Assembly (NCBI GenBank): GCA_023135905.1
Contig: JAGLSE010000003.1
Location: forward strand, 1 to 49,344
DNA from: Candidatus Omnitrophota bacterium
GTDB taxonomy: Bacteria > Omnitrophota > Gorgyraeia > Duberdicusellales > 4484-171
DNA length: 49,344 nt
Direction of reading: 5' to 3'
The position numbers and the translations under genes were made by a program. Each line of letters starts with the position of its first letter. Position 1 is the first letter of the stretch. The notes beneath the pieces are model-generated. The model did not search any database and was not told the DNA's origin. It saw only the letters and a list, made by a program, of their open reading frames with translations. This document shows positions 30,231-39,612 of the stretch, piece by piece.

Positions 30231-31547
30231 ATGATAAATAGTTGTAAGAAAAAAATAGTTATATTAGGTGGGGGGCTTTCAGGAATAAGCTTGGGTTATT
30301 TTTTAAATAAATTAGGCATAGAAAGTGTAATATATGAGAAGGAACCAACTATCGGAGGATTATGCCGTTCAAAAATAAAAAATGGATTTATTTTTGATAT
30401 TTGCGGACATTTATTGCATTTTAAACATAAAACATCTCTCCCTCTTATTAAAGATTTATTAAAAGATAATTTAGTTTATCATAAAAGAAGTTCTTGGATT
30501 TATTCTTTTAATAAATTTACAAAGTACCCTTTTCAGGCGAATCTTTATGGACTTCCTAATTCCGTTATAAAAAATAGTATTGTTGATTTTATTAAGGCTA
30601 AAATTGATACCGAAAAGAATAGTTTGTCTAATAATTTTTTAGAGTGGAGTTATGTGAATTTTGGTAAGTCTATAACAGATTATTTCATGGCTCCATATAA
30701 TCGGAAGTTTTGGACAGTCCCCCTAGAAGATCTTTCTTATAAATGGATTGACGGAATTGTTGTTACACCAACACTTAAACAGATTGTAGATGGAACAATT
30801 GAAGAGAATAACCGCAATGTTGGGTATAATTCTTTTTTTTGGTATCCAAAGGAGGGAGGAATAGATAATTTGATTAAGGCTTTTAGTCAGCCGTTAAAAA
30901 GTATTTTTACCGGTTATGATGTTGAAGGAATTGATCATATAAAAAAAAAGATAACTTTCAAAAATGGAAAGAAATGTAAGTATGATATTTTAATATCGAC
31001 TATACCTTTGCCGGAATTACCGAATATTATTAAAAATGTTCCTTTAAAAATTAATAAAGTTTTTAAAAAACTACAATGGGTATCTATATTTAATCTAAAT
31101 TTAGGGCTGACTGAAAATCATAGGCCTAAAAAACATTGGATATATTTTCCGGAAAATAATTTAAAATTTTTTAGAGTAGGATTTTTCAACAATTTTTCTA
31201 ATTACAATACGCCTATAGGCAGTAGTTCTATATATAGTGAAGTATCATATTCAAATGGCAGATGTATAGATAACAAAAAGATTGTGTCTGAAATATTTAA
31301 AGGTTTAAAAACTGTAGGTATTTTAAATGGAAAGAGTCAAGAGTTGGCAAGAGTTATCAATGATATAAAATATGCTTATCCTATATATAATCATGATTAT
31401 AAAGATTCCCTTGATATTATTAAAAAATATTTAAGTGACTGTAACCTTAATTCGATTGGTAGATTTGGCGGTTGGAAGTATATGTCGATGGAAGATGTAA
31501 TTTTAGAAAGTGAAAGGTTGAGTTCTTTTCTATTAAAAAATGTTTAA
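30231..31547 (+). CDS. FAD-dependent oxidoreductase, UDP-galactopyranose mutase/HemY-like
   Basis: GGGLSG, GGLCRS, FDICGHLLH, PYNRKFW, GYNSFFWYPKEGG, GRFGGWKYMSMED. Confidence 0.85.
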   Translation: MINSCKKKIVILGGGLSGISLGYFLNKLGIESVIYEKEPTIGGLCRSKIKNGFIFDICGHLLHFKHKTSLPLIKDLLKDNLVYHKRSSWIYSFNKFTKYPFQANLYGLPNSVIKNSIVDFIKAKIDTEKNSLSNNFLEWSYVNFGKSITDYFMAPYNRKFWTVPLEDLSYKWIDGIVVTPTLKQIVDGTIEENNRNVGYNSFFWYPKEGGIDNLIKAFSQPLKSIFTGYDVEGIDHIKKKITFKNGKKCKYDILISTIPLPELPNIIKNVPLKINKVFKKLQWVSIFNLNLGLTENHRPKKHWIYFPENNLKFFRVGFFNNFSNYNTPIGSSSIYSEVSYSNGRCIDNKKIVSEIFKGLKTVGILNGKSQELARVINDIKYAYPIYNHDYKDSLDIIKKYLSDCNLNSIGRFGGWKYMSMEDVILESERLSSFLLKNV

Positions 31548-32319
31548 AGATAGGATTAAAAAAATATATTTATATAGACATGTTTTAATCAGTATGTCTA
31601 TCTCCCAGTTTAAGGCTAAATATGCGGGGTCTAAACTTGGAATATGGTGGGCTGTAATTATTCCTTTGTTATTAGCAGGGAGTATCAATCTTGTATTTAC
31701 ACGGGCTTTCAATGTAAATGTTAAGCATTATACTCTTTTTGTTTTGTCTGGGATTATCCCTTGGCTATTTTTTTCTAATGCCTTGATGGAAGCGGTTAAT
31801 TCATTTACTGGTAATGCTTCATTGATAAAACAAAGTATATTTCCTCGCGAATTTATACCTATAGCTTCTATTGCCGGCAATCTTTTAAATTTTTTAGTAG
31901 GTTTTATTTTTTTGCTGCCACTTTTTATAATTGTTAATTATAAAGTTTTATTTATGGCGGGATTTTTAATAATACTTATTATATGTTATTTTTTATTTAT
32001 TGTTGGTATAGGATTTTTATTTTCAACTATAAATGTTTTTTTTAGAGATCTTGGTCATTTCCTTTCGGTTGGGTTTATGGTTTGGTTTTGGATTACACCC
32101 ATTTTCTATTCTTTAGATATGTTATCATTCCCGATTCGCTGGATTTGTTTAATCAATCCGATGAGTCTTTATGTAATAGCTTATAGAAAACTTTTGTTTG
32201 ATGCCAGTGGCCTTTCATTATTTATGATAGGGGGGTTGATTTTAGTTTCGTTGGGATCTTTATTTATTGGATATATGATTTTTATTAGGAATGAAAATAA
32301 TTTATTAAAACAAATATGA
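31540..32319 (+). CDS. wzm: ABC-2 polysaccharide export permease
   Basis: FKAKYAGSKLGIWW, GIIPWLFF, LIKQSIFPRE, FFRDLGH, TPIFY, INPM; about six transmembrane helices. Confidence 0.92.
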   Translation: MFKDRIKKIYLYRHVLISMSISQFKAKYAGSKLGIWWAVIIPLLLAGSINLVFTRAFNVNVKHYTLFVLSGIIPWLFFSNALMEAVNSFTGNASLIKQSIFPREFIPIASIAGNLLNFLVGFIFLLPLFIIVNYKVLFMAGFLIILIICYFLFIVGIGFLFSTINVFFRDLGHFLSVGFMVWFWITPIFYSLDMLSFPIRWICLINPMSLYVIAYRKLLFDASGLSLFMIGGLILVSLGSLFIGYMIFIRNENNLLKQI

Positions 32320-35300
32320 ATATAATAGAGTTTAATAATGTTTGGGAAATGTACCGTATTAAATTTATTAGGAATAAAAAAGTATTCTGGGAAGAATTTT
32401 GGGCTTTAGAAGATATAAGTTTTAAGATTTGTAAAGGGGAGACTTTAGGTATAGTTGGTGAGAATGGAGCAGGTAAGACCACTTTGTTGAAATTAATTGC
32501 TGGTATGCTTGTGGCAGATAGAGGGGAAGTTAATGTTAAGGGTAAAGTCTCATGTTTAATGGAATTAGGGGCTGGATTTAATCCGGAATTTACCGGAAGA
32601 GAAAATATAATTCTTAACTCGAGAGTATATGGTTTAGAGGAAAATGAAATAGAACAGAAACTTGAAAGTATTATTGAATTTGCGGATATAGGTAAATTTA
32701 TCGATGCTCCGGTACGATGTTATTCTCAAGGTATGTATATGAGATTAGCGTTTGCTTTAGCGATATTTGTAGAACCGGACATACTTTTAATTGATGATAT
32801 TTTGGCTGTAGGTGATGAAGAGGCCCAGCAAAAGTGTGTAAAAAAAATATTTGAATTAAGAGAATTGGGTAAAACTATAATTTTGGTTAGCCATGATACA
32901 AATATGGTAGAAAAATTATGTGATCGAGCATTAATTTTGGAGAAAGGTAAAATTAGATATACCGGGTTACCTAAAGAAGTTGTCCCAAGATATCTTGAAA
33001 CAGTGGGAGACAAGATAGGGATTTCAACTTTAGATGGTGACAAGCTGAGAGTAGTTAACAATAATGGTCAAATAAACATTAATTACGATAATAGTACTAT
33101 TACTAAAGGTCCAGGAGGATGTGTTTCTGCATTTAGACAGACACTTAATAATAGAATGTCTTCTTTGAATTTGAGGTGGAAAGTCTTAAGTACTTCTTTA
33201 AATGAAATTATTGCTGAGGGCTATTATATGGATGGAACTGTTTCTCAGCGATGGATATTGAAGGTATATGAAAATGAATTAGAATGGCAGATAGAAAATA
33301 AAGATGCGCAAATAAAGGAATTATCTGTAGATGTCTCTTTAATAACCGGGTATGAAAGATGGATTACTTCAAATAATGAAGGTGATTTTGGCTTTTTTTC
33401 ACATAAAGTGGATTGGGAAGAAGTTGCTACTTTAAGTTATTACAATAATGTTGTGGGGTTGAAACATAATTTTAAAAAAAAGATATTACCTTTTATAGGA
33501 ATAGAGACTAACAGGGGTAAAAACAGATATTTAAGACTTTTTAATACAGGTTATAACCAGGCTGAAAGAGTGATTAAATTGTCTAGTATAGGCGATGATG
33601 TAATTTCTGTAAGATTTAAATTTTTTTCATGTCAGGAAACATTTGATAAGTATATAAATGTGGCAGTAGAGAAGTTCTTGCAGGATGAAAAAAAAGAAAA
33701 GCAAAGGCATTTGCAGGAGATAGCTAAAGAAAAAGCTAGTTTGATTGAGTCTAGAACTATTTATTCAGAGGATTTAAGTGTTTTTGCCGATGAGGATAAT
33801 AAGCAAATAAAAATTTATTATAAAAATATGGAAGTTACAAAATCGTCAGGTTTGAAATGTGATTTTAAGTGTAATAACATTACATATAATATTTATGATA
33901 GTAATTGGAGTATAGAACAGAAGGGTAAAACTATACTGATACTTCATCTTAATTGGGAACAAATAAAGTTAGGTCAGAAGTGGATAATATCTATCAAAGA
34001 TAATGGGATTTGTTGTCAGGTATGGTTGGATAATGAACGGTCGTTTAACTTTGAATTTTTCAGAGCGGGATTTTTATTTACTGCTGAATATAAGACTTTT
34101 TTTTGCGGCTGTCAAGAAACAGCTTTTCCTGTAGAATTTGATGTTTTGGAAGATATGTTTTTAGAGAACAATAATTCGGATTTTTTTGGTTTAAGAAAAC
34201 AATCTTTATTTCCGGCAGTAGTTCTGGAAAGTGAAGACGAGTTTTCTTGTTTTATTCAGAATAATGATGTAGATAATTCTTGCCGTATTTTTCAATTAAA
34301 TATCCCTGGAATAATTTTTAAAAAAGGAAGTAAAACTTTTTCAGTTAATATTAAGTTCCTTGAAGATGAAAAAATGATTGAGAATTATATCAGAGAAGAA
34401 AAGCAAAGGTATTTGCAGGAGATAGCTAAAAAAAAAGCTAGTTTGATTGAGTCTAGAACTATTTCTTCAGGGGATTTACGTGTTTTTGTTGATATTGAAA
34501 ATAAGAAAATAAAAATTTATTATAAAGATGAGGAAATTACAGCCGGGGATGGGATATATTCCATTTTTTATACGTCTGAAAAAGGTTATAATTTTAACCA
34601 TTGTAAATGGGATATGAATAAAATTTCCAATAATAAGATTGTTTTAAATTTGTATTATGAGTCTATTTCTCTCTTACATGTTTGGGAATTGATGTGTGAA
34701 GAAGGGAACTCTTTAAAAATTAAAGTTGAAGTTGAAGTAAAGGAACCTATAAATTTTGTTAATCAAGATGTAAAAATAGAACTGAATGACATATTCAAAA
34801 GTTGGGCAACTGCCTATGAACGAGGTAATTTTGATGTGAATGATTATATTAATGATTTAGGACCTATTAAATTAAAAGATAATAAAATTTCGAAAATAGT
34901 ATTGGAATCCCAAGATAAAACAGATGGTATTAAATTGTTTTTTGGTATTTTTTTGAATTTAGAAAAGAAAATTATAGATGTATATAAAAGAAGAGGTAAA
35001 AATAAAGATTATACTTGTATTAATTCTTCGTTAATATTTCCTTATAATGATAGCTTATTTAAGCCGGGTAAATATTTCTATTTTGATGGAAATATAGTTT
35101 TAGGTAATGAGTTTGTATTAGAAGAAAATATAAAATCAAGCGGGTTTGCTGAAATGGCAAATAAAGATTTTAAATTTATTTTTGAGCGGGGTAGAGGAAA
35201 GATATTTTGGAAAGGGGAAGAATTGACTACTGGTTTGGGTGTTTATAGTTCAATACGTTCTAATGGCGTATGGTTTGATTCTTATCATGCAATTTGGCGA

Positions 35301-35786
35301 GTTGAGCAGAAAGAGGAGAATAAAATAATATTAATTGGAGATTGGGCTCATATTCCTGTTTCTCAAATATGGAAATTAGAATTAATTGATGAAAATATAA
35401 TTTCTTTGGATATAGATATGAGGATTTATGGTTCAATAAAACTTGAATTAGAACAAACTAATATTATGCTTGTATCCCAGTATAAAAAATGGGTTGCATC
35501 AAACTTAGCCCAAGGAGCATTCCTTGATGATTACACTAAGGATTATGATATTTTACCTTTTAGGTTTTGGTACGGTAAGGCTAAGGATATTGGAGCATAT
35601 GGGGCAACGTTACCAAAAATAATTTTTAAAAGTAATATGGGGCAAGATACCAGGGGCATTGTGGAGAATACAGATACCTTATATGAGGCAAGATTACTTC
35701 AATACCAGAGAATAAACTCTCATGATGTAATTAAGGATAATCGTCAGTATTTTAAGGGAATTATAGAAATTTGTAATAATGAATAA
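32316..35786 (+). CDS. wzt: Wzt-type polysaccharide ABC ATPase with a ~920-aa repeated C-terminal extension
   Basis: FWALEDISF, Walker A GENGAGKTT, GAGFNPEFTGREN, YSQGM, Walker B LLIDD, VSHD; followed by four related ~235-aa units. Confidence 0.9.
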   Translation: MNIIEFNNVWEMYRIKFIRNKKVFWEEFWALEDISFKICKGETLGIVGENGAGKTTLLKLIAGMLVADRGEVNVKGKVSCLMELGAGFNPEFTGRENIILNSRVYGLEENEIEQKLESIIEFADIGKFIDAPVRCYSQGMYMRLAFALAIFVEPDILLIDDILAVGDEEAQQKCVKKIFELRELGKTIILVSHDTNMVEKLCDRALILEKGKIRYTGLPKEVVPRYLETVGDKIGISTLDGDKLRVVNNNGQININYDNSTITKGPGGCVSAFRQTLNNRMSSLNLRWKVLSTSLNEIIAEGYYMDGTVSQRWILKVYENELEWQIENKDAQIKELSVDVSLITGYERWITSNNEGDFGFFSHKVDWEEVATLSYYNNVVGLKHNFKKKILPFIGIETNRGKNRYLRLFNTGYNQAERVIKLSSIGDDVISVRFKFFSCQETFDKYINVAVEKFLQDEKKEKQRHLQEIAKEKASLIESRTIYSEDLSVFADEDNKQIKIYYKNMEVTKSSGLKCDFKCNNITYNIYDSNWSIEQKGKTILILHLNWEQIKLGQKWIISIKDNGICCQVWLDNERSFNFEFFRAGFLFTAEYKTFFCGCQETAFPVEFDVLEDMFLENNNSDFFGLRKQSLFPAVVLESEDEFSCFIQNNDVDNSCRIFQLNIPGIIFKKGSKTFSVNIKFLEDEKMIENYIREEKQRYLQEIAKKKASLIESRTISSGDLRVFVDIENKKIKIYYKDEEITAGDGIYSIFYTSEKGYNFNHCKWDMNKISNNKIVLNLYYESISLLHVWELMCEEGNSLKIKVEVEVKEPINFVNQDVKIELNDIFKSWATAYERGNFDVNDYINDLGPIKLKDNKISKIVLESQDKTDGIKLFFGIFLNLEKKIIDVYKRRGKNKDYTCINSSLIFPYNDSLFKPGKYFYFDGNIVLGNEFVLEENIKSSGFAEMANKDFKFIFERGRGKIFWKGEELTTGLGVYSSIRSNGVWFDSYHAIWRVEQKEENKIILIGDWAHIPVSQIWKLELIDENIISLDIDMRIYGSIKLELEQTNIMLVSQYKKWVASNLAQGAFLDDYTKDYDILPFRFWYGKAKDIGAYGATLPKIIFKSNMGQDTRGIVENTDTLYEARLLQYQRINSHDVIKDNRQYFKGIIEICNNE
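33696..34541 (+). repeat. Intragenic direct repeat, 33696-~33839 and 34398-~34541 (702 nt apart)
   Basis: The first 81 nt match at 77/81 by manual alignment (EKQR[H/Y]LQEIAK[E/K]KASLIESRTI[Y/S]S[E/G]DL); similarity decays afterwards. Confidence 0.9.
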
Positions 35787-36636
35787 CTATAAAAAATTCA
35801 CTAAACATTTAAAGACAAATAATTTATTTTATGCAATTTGGCGAGGGATAAAATATTTTATATTTGTGATTAAATGGAAAGGAAAATATTTTGAATCTTT
35901 ATCTGAAAACATGATTGTCAAAGGTAATATAAAAATGTATTGTTCAAATGGGGGAATAAATATTTTTTGGAAGGATAAAAAAATAACTAGTGACCCGGGA
36001 CTGAATGTAGCAGTTAATACCTTAGGTCTATGGACTGATTCCTCTAAAGCCGAATGGCAGATATTAAAGCGTGACGATGATTTTTTAAATGTTAAAATTG
36101 TTTTCAAAGAATTGCCGATGGAGCAAATTTGGTTCTTAAAGATAAATAGTGACAATGAAATTGATTGGAGAGTTCAGGCTAATGTCGAGGAGTGGACACA
36201 TATAGATGAGTTCCGTGTGTTAACTATGGTTAATTCATATTACAAAATTTGGCTTAGTGATTATGATTACGCTGATTTTCCGCGGTTAGATGATTATTGG
36301 TATGATATATATCTTAATAATAAACCGGTTTCCTTAGTGGGCGTGCGATTTTCCAAAGGAGATAACTTTTTACCGCCATTGGTTATAGGGAGTCAGGAGG
36401 AGAATTTGTTGCCTCTTATACAAAATCCTCCCTTAATTAACAATGCCCATATTGTGGGAGTTAGAATTAATAAGCTTAATGATACAAATAATTTTGAGCC
36501 CGGTAATTATGAGGTTTTTAGTGGTAAAATAGTTTTGTTTGAAGAGGAGAGTCAGTTAGATAAAAAGATTGAGAATATTCGTCAGGGGTATTTAAAAACT
36601 GTTACAAGTAAAAGTAAGTTAGGAGAGGTGTCATGA
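35779..36636 (+). CDS. Hypothetical protein: stand-alone copy of the Wzt C-terminal repeat domain
   Basis: GINIFWKDKKITSDPGL..W.DS..AEW..LPMEQIW.LKI parallels Wzt unit 4 GKIFWKGEELTTGLGV..WFDS..AIW..IPVSQIWKLEL. Confidence 0.75.
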   Translation: MNNYKKFTKHLKTNNLFYAIWRGIKYFIFVIKWKGKYFESLSENMIVKGNIKMYCSNGGINIFWKDKKITSDPGLNVAVNTLGLWTDSSKAEWQILKRDDDFLNVKIVFKELPMEQIWFLKINSDNEIDWRVQANVEEWTHIDEFRVLTMVNSYYKIWLSDYDYADFPRLDDYWYDIYLNNKPVSLVGVRFSKGDNFLPPLVIGSQEENLLPLIQNPPLINNAHIVGVRINKLNDTNNFEPGNYEVFSGKIVLFEEESQLDKKIENIRQGYLKTVTSKSKLGEVS

Positions 36637-38132
36637 AAATCAAAGTATTACTATTAAATTTGCCTTGGCAAAGAAATAGTAGTTGGGGTGTTCGTGCAGG
36701 GTCGCGTTGGCCGCATATAAGAGATATTAATGAGGGGGAATATCTGCCTTTCCCATTTTTTTTAGCTTATGCGGCTTCTTTATTACAAAAAAATAATATA
36801 AATTCCTTCATTATTGATGCTATTGCGGATAAGGTTGAAGAAAATAAACTTTTTGAAAAAATAAAATCAATTAATCCTGAGCATATAATTATAGAAACTT
36901 CAGTACCCTCATTTCATAATGATTTAAGAATTACAAAGATAATCTCAGAAATGGGATTTTCGATAATACTGTGTGGCCCGAATTTTGAAATTTATAAACC
37001 TGAATTTTTAAAAAAACACGAATTTATTAATTATGTTTTGTATGGAGAATATGAATGTTCTTTGTTGGAATTGTTGAATTTTCTTGAAAAAGGTAAAAAT
37101 TTGTCGAATGTTAAAGGTTTGATTTATAGAGATAGGGAAAGTGTAGTTAAGAATTTAAAGAGAGAGCCTTTTGATATAAATATTCTTCCTTGGCCGCATA
37201 GAGAGACCTTACCTATGAATAAATATTTAGATGCTCCGGGGGAGATGTTGACCCCATGCGCTCAAATAATAGCTTCTCGGGGATGTCCTTTTAAATGTCA
37301 ATTTTGTCTTTGGCCTCAAGTTGTTTATCAAGGTAATCATTATAGGGCTCGCGAGATTAAAGATGTTGTGGATGAGATGGAGTATTTAGTAAAAGAAAAA
37401 GGTTTTAAATCTGTATATTTTGATGATGATACCTTTAATATTGGTAAAAAAAGAATGTTAGATTTTTGTGGGGAGATTAAAAATAGAGGTTTGAATAAGA
37501 TTCAGTGGGCTATAATGGCTCGGCCTGATTTGATGGATGAGGAGATATTAACAGCTATGAAAGAATCCGGTCTTTGGGCAATAAAGTATGGTGTGGAATC
37601 TTCAGATCAGGGTTTAGTTGATAATATTGAAAAAGGCATGAATTTACAAAAAGCAAAGAAGATGATACAATTTACCAAAATGCTGGGTATAAAAACTCAT
37701 CTAACTTTTACTTTTGGAATACCCGGAGAAACAAAGCAAACAATTCAGAAGACTATTGATTTTGTACGGAAAATCGATCCATTTTCTGTTCAATTTTCTA
37801 TTATGACTCCTTTTCCCGGAACCAAATCATACGATATTTTTGATGAAAAAGGGTTGTTTGTTATAAAAGATTTTTCCGCTTATGATGGTCATTTTAAAAG
37901 TGTAATTAGTACGGTAAATTTGACGGCAACAGATTTAGAAAACGCTAAGATCAAAGCCGGTAGAATTTGGTTGGACCACTTAAGAAAACGAAGAGGTTTC
38001 TTTGGTAATTTAAGAAGATTCCAGGAGTATATGTCTATGTATAGTTTGAGTTCTGCCTTTCGGAAGACATTAAGCTATTTGAAATATGTAGTTATAGAAA
38101 GAAAAAAGTATGTTGACACGGAGGATATATAA
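36633..38132 (+). CDS. Cobalamin-domain radical SAM protein (HpnJ-like N-terminus)
   Basis: GVRAGSRWPH, PFFLAYAA, SRGCPFKCQFCLWPQ, FDDDTF, YGVES, TPFPGT. Confidence 0.9.
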   Translation: MKIKVLLLNLPWQRNSSWGVRAGSRWPHIRDINEGEYLPFPFFLAYAASLLQKNNINSFIIDAIADKVEENKLFEKIKSINPEHIIIETSVPSFHNDLRITKIISEMGFSIILCGPNFEIYKPEFLKKHEFINYVLYGEYECSLLELLNFLEKGKNLSNVKGLIYRDRESVVKNLKREPFDINILPWPHRETLPMNKYLDAPGEMLTPCAQIIASRGCPFKCQFCLWPQVVYQGNHYRAREIKDVVDEMEYLVKEKGFKSVYFDDDTFNIGKKRMLDFCGEIKNRGLNKIQWAIMARPDLMDEEILTAMKESGLWAIKYGVESSDQGLVDNIEKGMNLQKAKKMIQFTKMLGIKTHLTFTFGIPGETKQTIQKTIDFVRKIDPFSVQFSIMTPFPGTKSYDIFDEKGLFVIKDFSAYDGHFKSVISTVNLTATDLENAKIKAGRIWLDHLRKRRGFFGNLRRFQEYMSMYSLSSAFRKTLSYLKYVVIERKKYVDTEDI

Positions 38133-38157
38133 CAAAAAATGTTTTAATGAATAGAAT

Positions 38158-39612
38158 ATGAAGATTATCAAGAAAGTTTTAGACATAATAAAAAAAAGAA
38201 AAATTTTTAAAAATAAAGAGGTGACGGATATCATACTTATCCAATGTCCTCCTTGGGATGTTTCTATACCTCCGTTAGGGATAGCTTATCTGTCGGATTA
38301 TTTAAAAAAGCATGATTATTATGTTTATCCTTTTGATTTAAATATTGAATTATATCATTCTGCTAAAGCGGCAGACAAATATTTATGGGAGCAAAAAAGT
38401 TATGACCATTGGGTTAAAGATGAGTTATATGAAAAAACATGGCATAGTCTTAGAAAGATTTCCGGGAAGATTTTAGAGCAAGCCTTTAAGAAATATAATA
38501 CAGAATATGTGGGGTTATCTGTTAATTTTGCAAGCATAAAAATTGCTGGTGAAATAATTAAAGTAATAAAGAGTTTAAATCCCAGGACCAAAATAATTTT
38601 GGGTGGATGGGGATGTGTTAATGGGCATATGAGAAGTTTATTCCCTAAAGAATTAGTTGATGTTTTTGTTATAGGTGAAGGAGAAGAGACATTGTTGGAG
38701 GTTCTGGATAAGTTGAAGGGTAAAATAGATAAAACTAGGATCCCGGGAGCTATTTTTAATAAATTAGGACAGGATACTTATGAGTCCAGAGAATCGATAA
38801 TAGACCTAGACAGTATTCCTTGGCCTAAATATAGTGAATTTAATTTGAATCTTTATATTAAAAAAGCAATGCCTTTATTCGCCAGTAGAGGGTGTATCGG
38901 TCATTGTACTTTTTGTAATGATTGGCCCCTTTCAAAACCCTATCGGTTTCGCAGCGCGCATAATATTTTTGAAGAAATTCAATATCATGTAAAAACTTAT
39001 CATATAAATTATTTTAGTTTTAAAGATTTGTTATGCAATGGAAACATAGAGGAACTAAATTTATTGTGTGATTTGATTATTGATTCAGGTTTACAGATTC
39101 ATTGGGATTCTCAAGCTATTACCCGCAAAGAAATGACTAGGGAGTTGTTGCGTAAACTTAAAAGGTCAGGATGTGGAACGTTGATATATGGGGTTGAGAA
39201 TTTTTCTAATAATGTTTTAAGAAGAATGAAGAAAATGTTTACTAAAGAGATTGCGGAAAAGGTATTAAAAAATACCTATGAAATAGGGATTAATGCTTGT
39301 ATTAATATTATAGTAGGTTTTCCAGGGGAGACTGAGATGGATTTTGAAGAAAATCTTGAATCCATAAAAAGGAATTACAAATATATTACACAGATTGGAG
39401 CGGTTAGTGTATGTTTAGTAAATAACGATAGTGATTTGGAAATTAACTCCAAGGAATATGGTTTGGTTTTGCCTGATGATTCACGGACGCGTGCTAAAAA
39501 ATGGTATACTTCTGATGGCCAAAATACTTATGAAATAAGAAAAATGAGGGCAGATAAAATGCTTAAATTGATTAAAGATTTAAAGTTGTCTTATGCGACA
39601 ATAACGGTATGA
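38158..39612 (+). CDS. Cobalamin-domain radical SAM protein
   Basis: QCPPW..PPLGIAYL, DLNIELY, GEGE, SRGCIGHCTFC, GVEN, IVGFPGET. Confidence 0.9.
   Translation: MKIIKKVLDIIKKRKIFKNKEVTDIILIQCPPWDVSIPPLGIAYLSDYLKKHDYYVYPFDLNIELYHSAKAADKYLWEQKSYDHWVKDELYEKTWHSLRKISGKILEQAFKKYNTEYVGLSVNFASIKIAGEIIKVIKSLNPRTKIILGGWGCVNGHMRSLFPKELVDVFVIGEGEETLLEVLDKLKGKIDKTRIPGAIFNKLGQDTYESRESIIDLDSIPWPKYSEFNLNLYIKKAMPLFASRGCIGHCTFCNDWPLSKPYRFRSAHNIFEEIQYHVKTYHINYFSFKDLLCNGNIEELNLLCDLIIDSGLQIHWDSQAITRKEMTRELLRKLKRSGCGTLIYGVENFSNNVLRRMKKMFTKEIAEKVLKNTYEIGINACINIIVGFPGETEMDFEENLESIKRNYKYITQIGAVSVCLVNNDSDLEINSKEYGLVLPDDSRTRAKKWYTSDGQNTYEIRKMRADKMLKLIKDLKLSYATITV

Noticed and set aside
3687-39612. Ladderane, hopanoid or bacteriochlorophyll (BchE) pathway
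   Set aside because: No ACP/Fab genes, squalene-hopene cyclase or bch genes. The similarities are only at the level of domain architecture.
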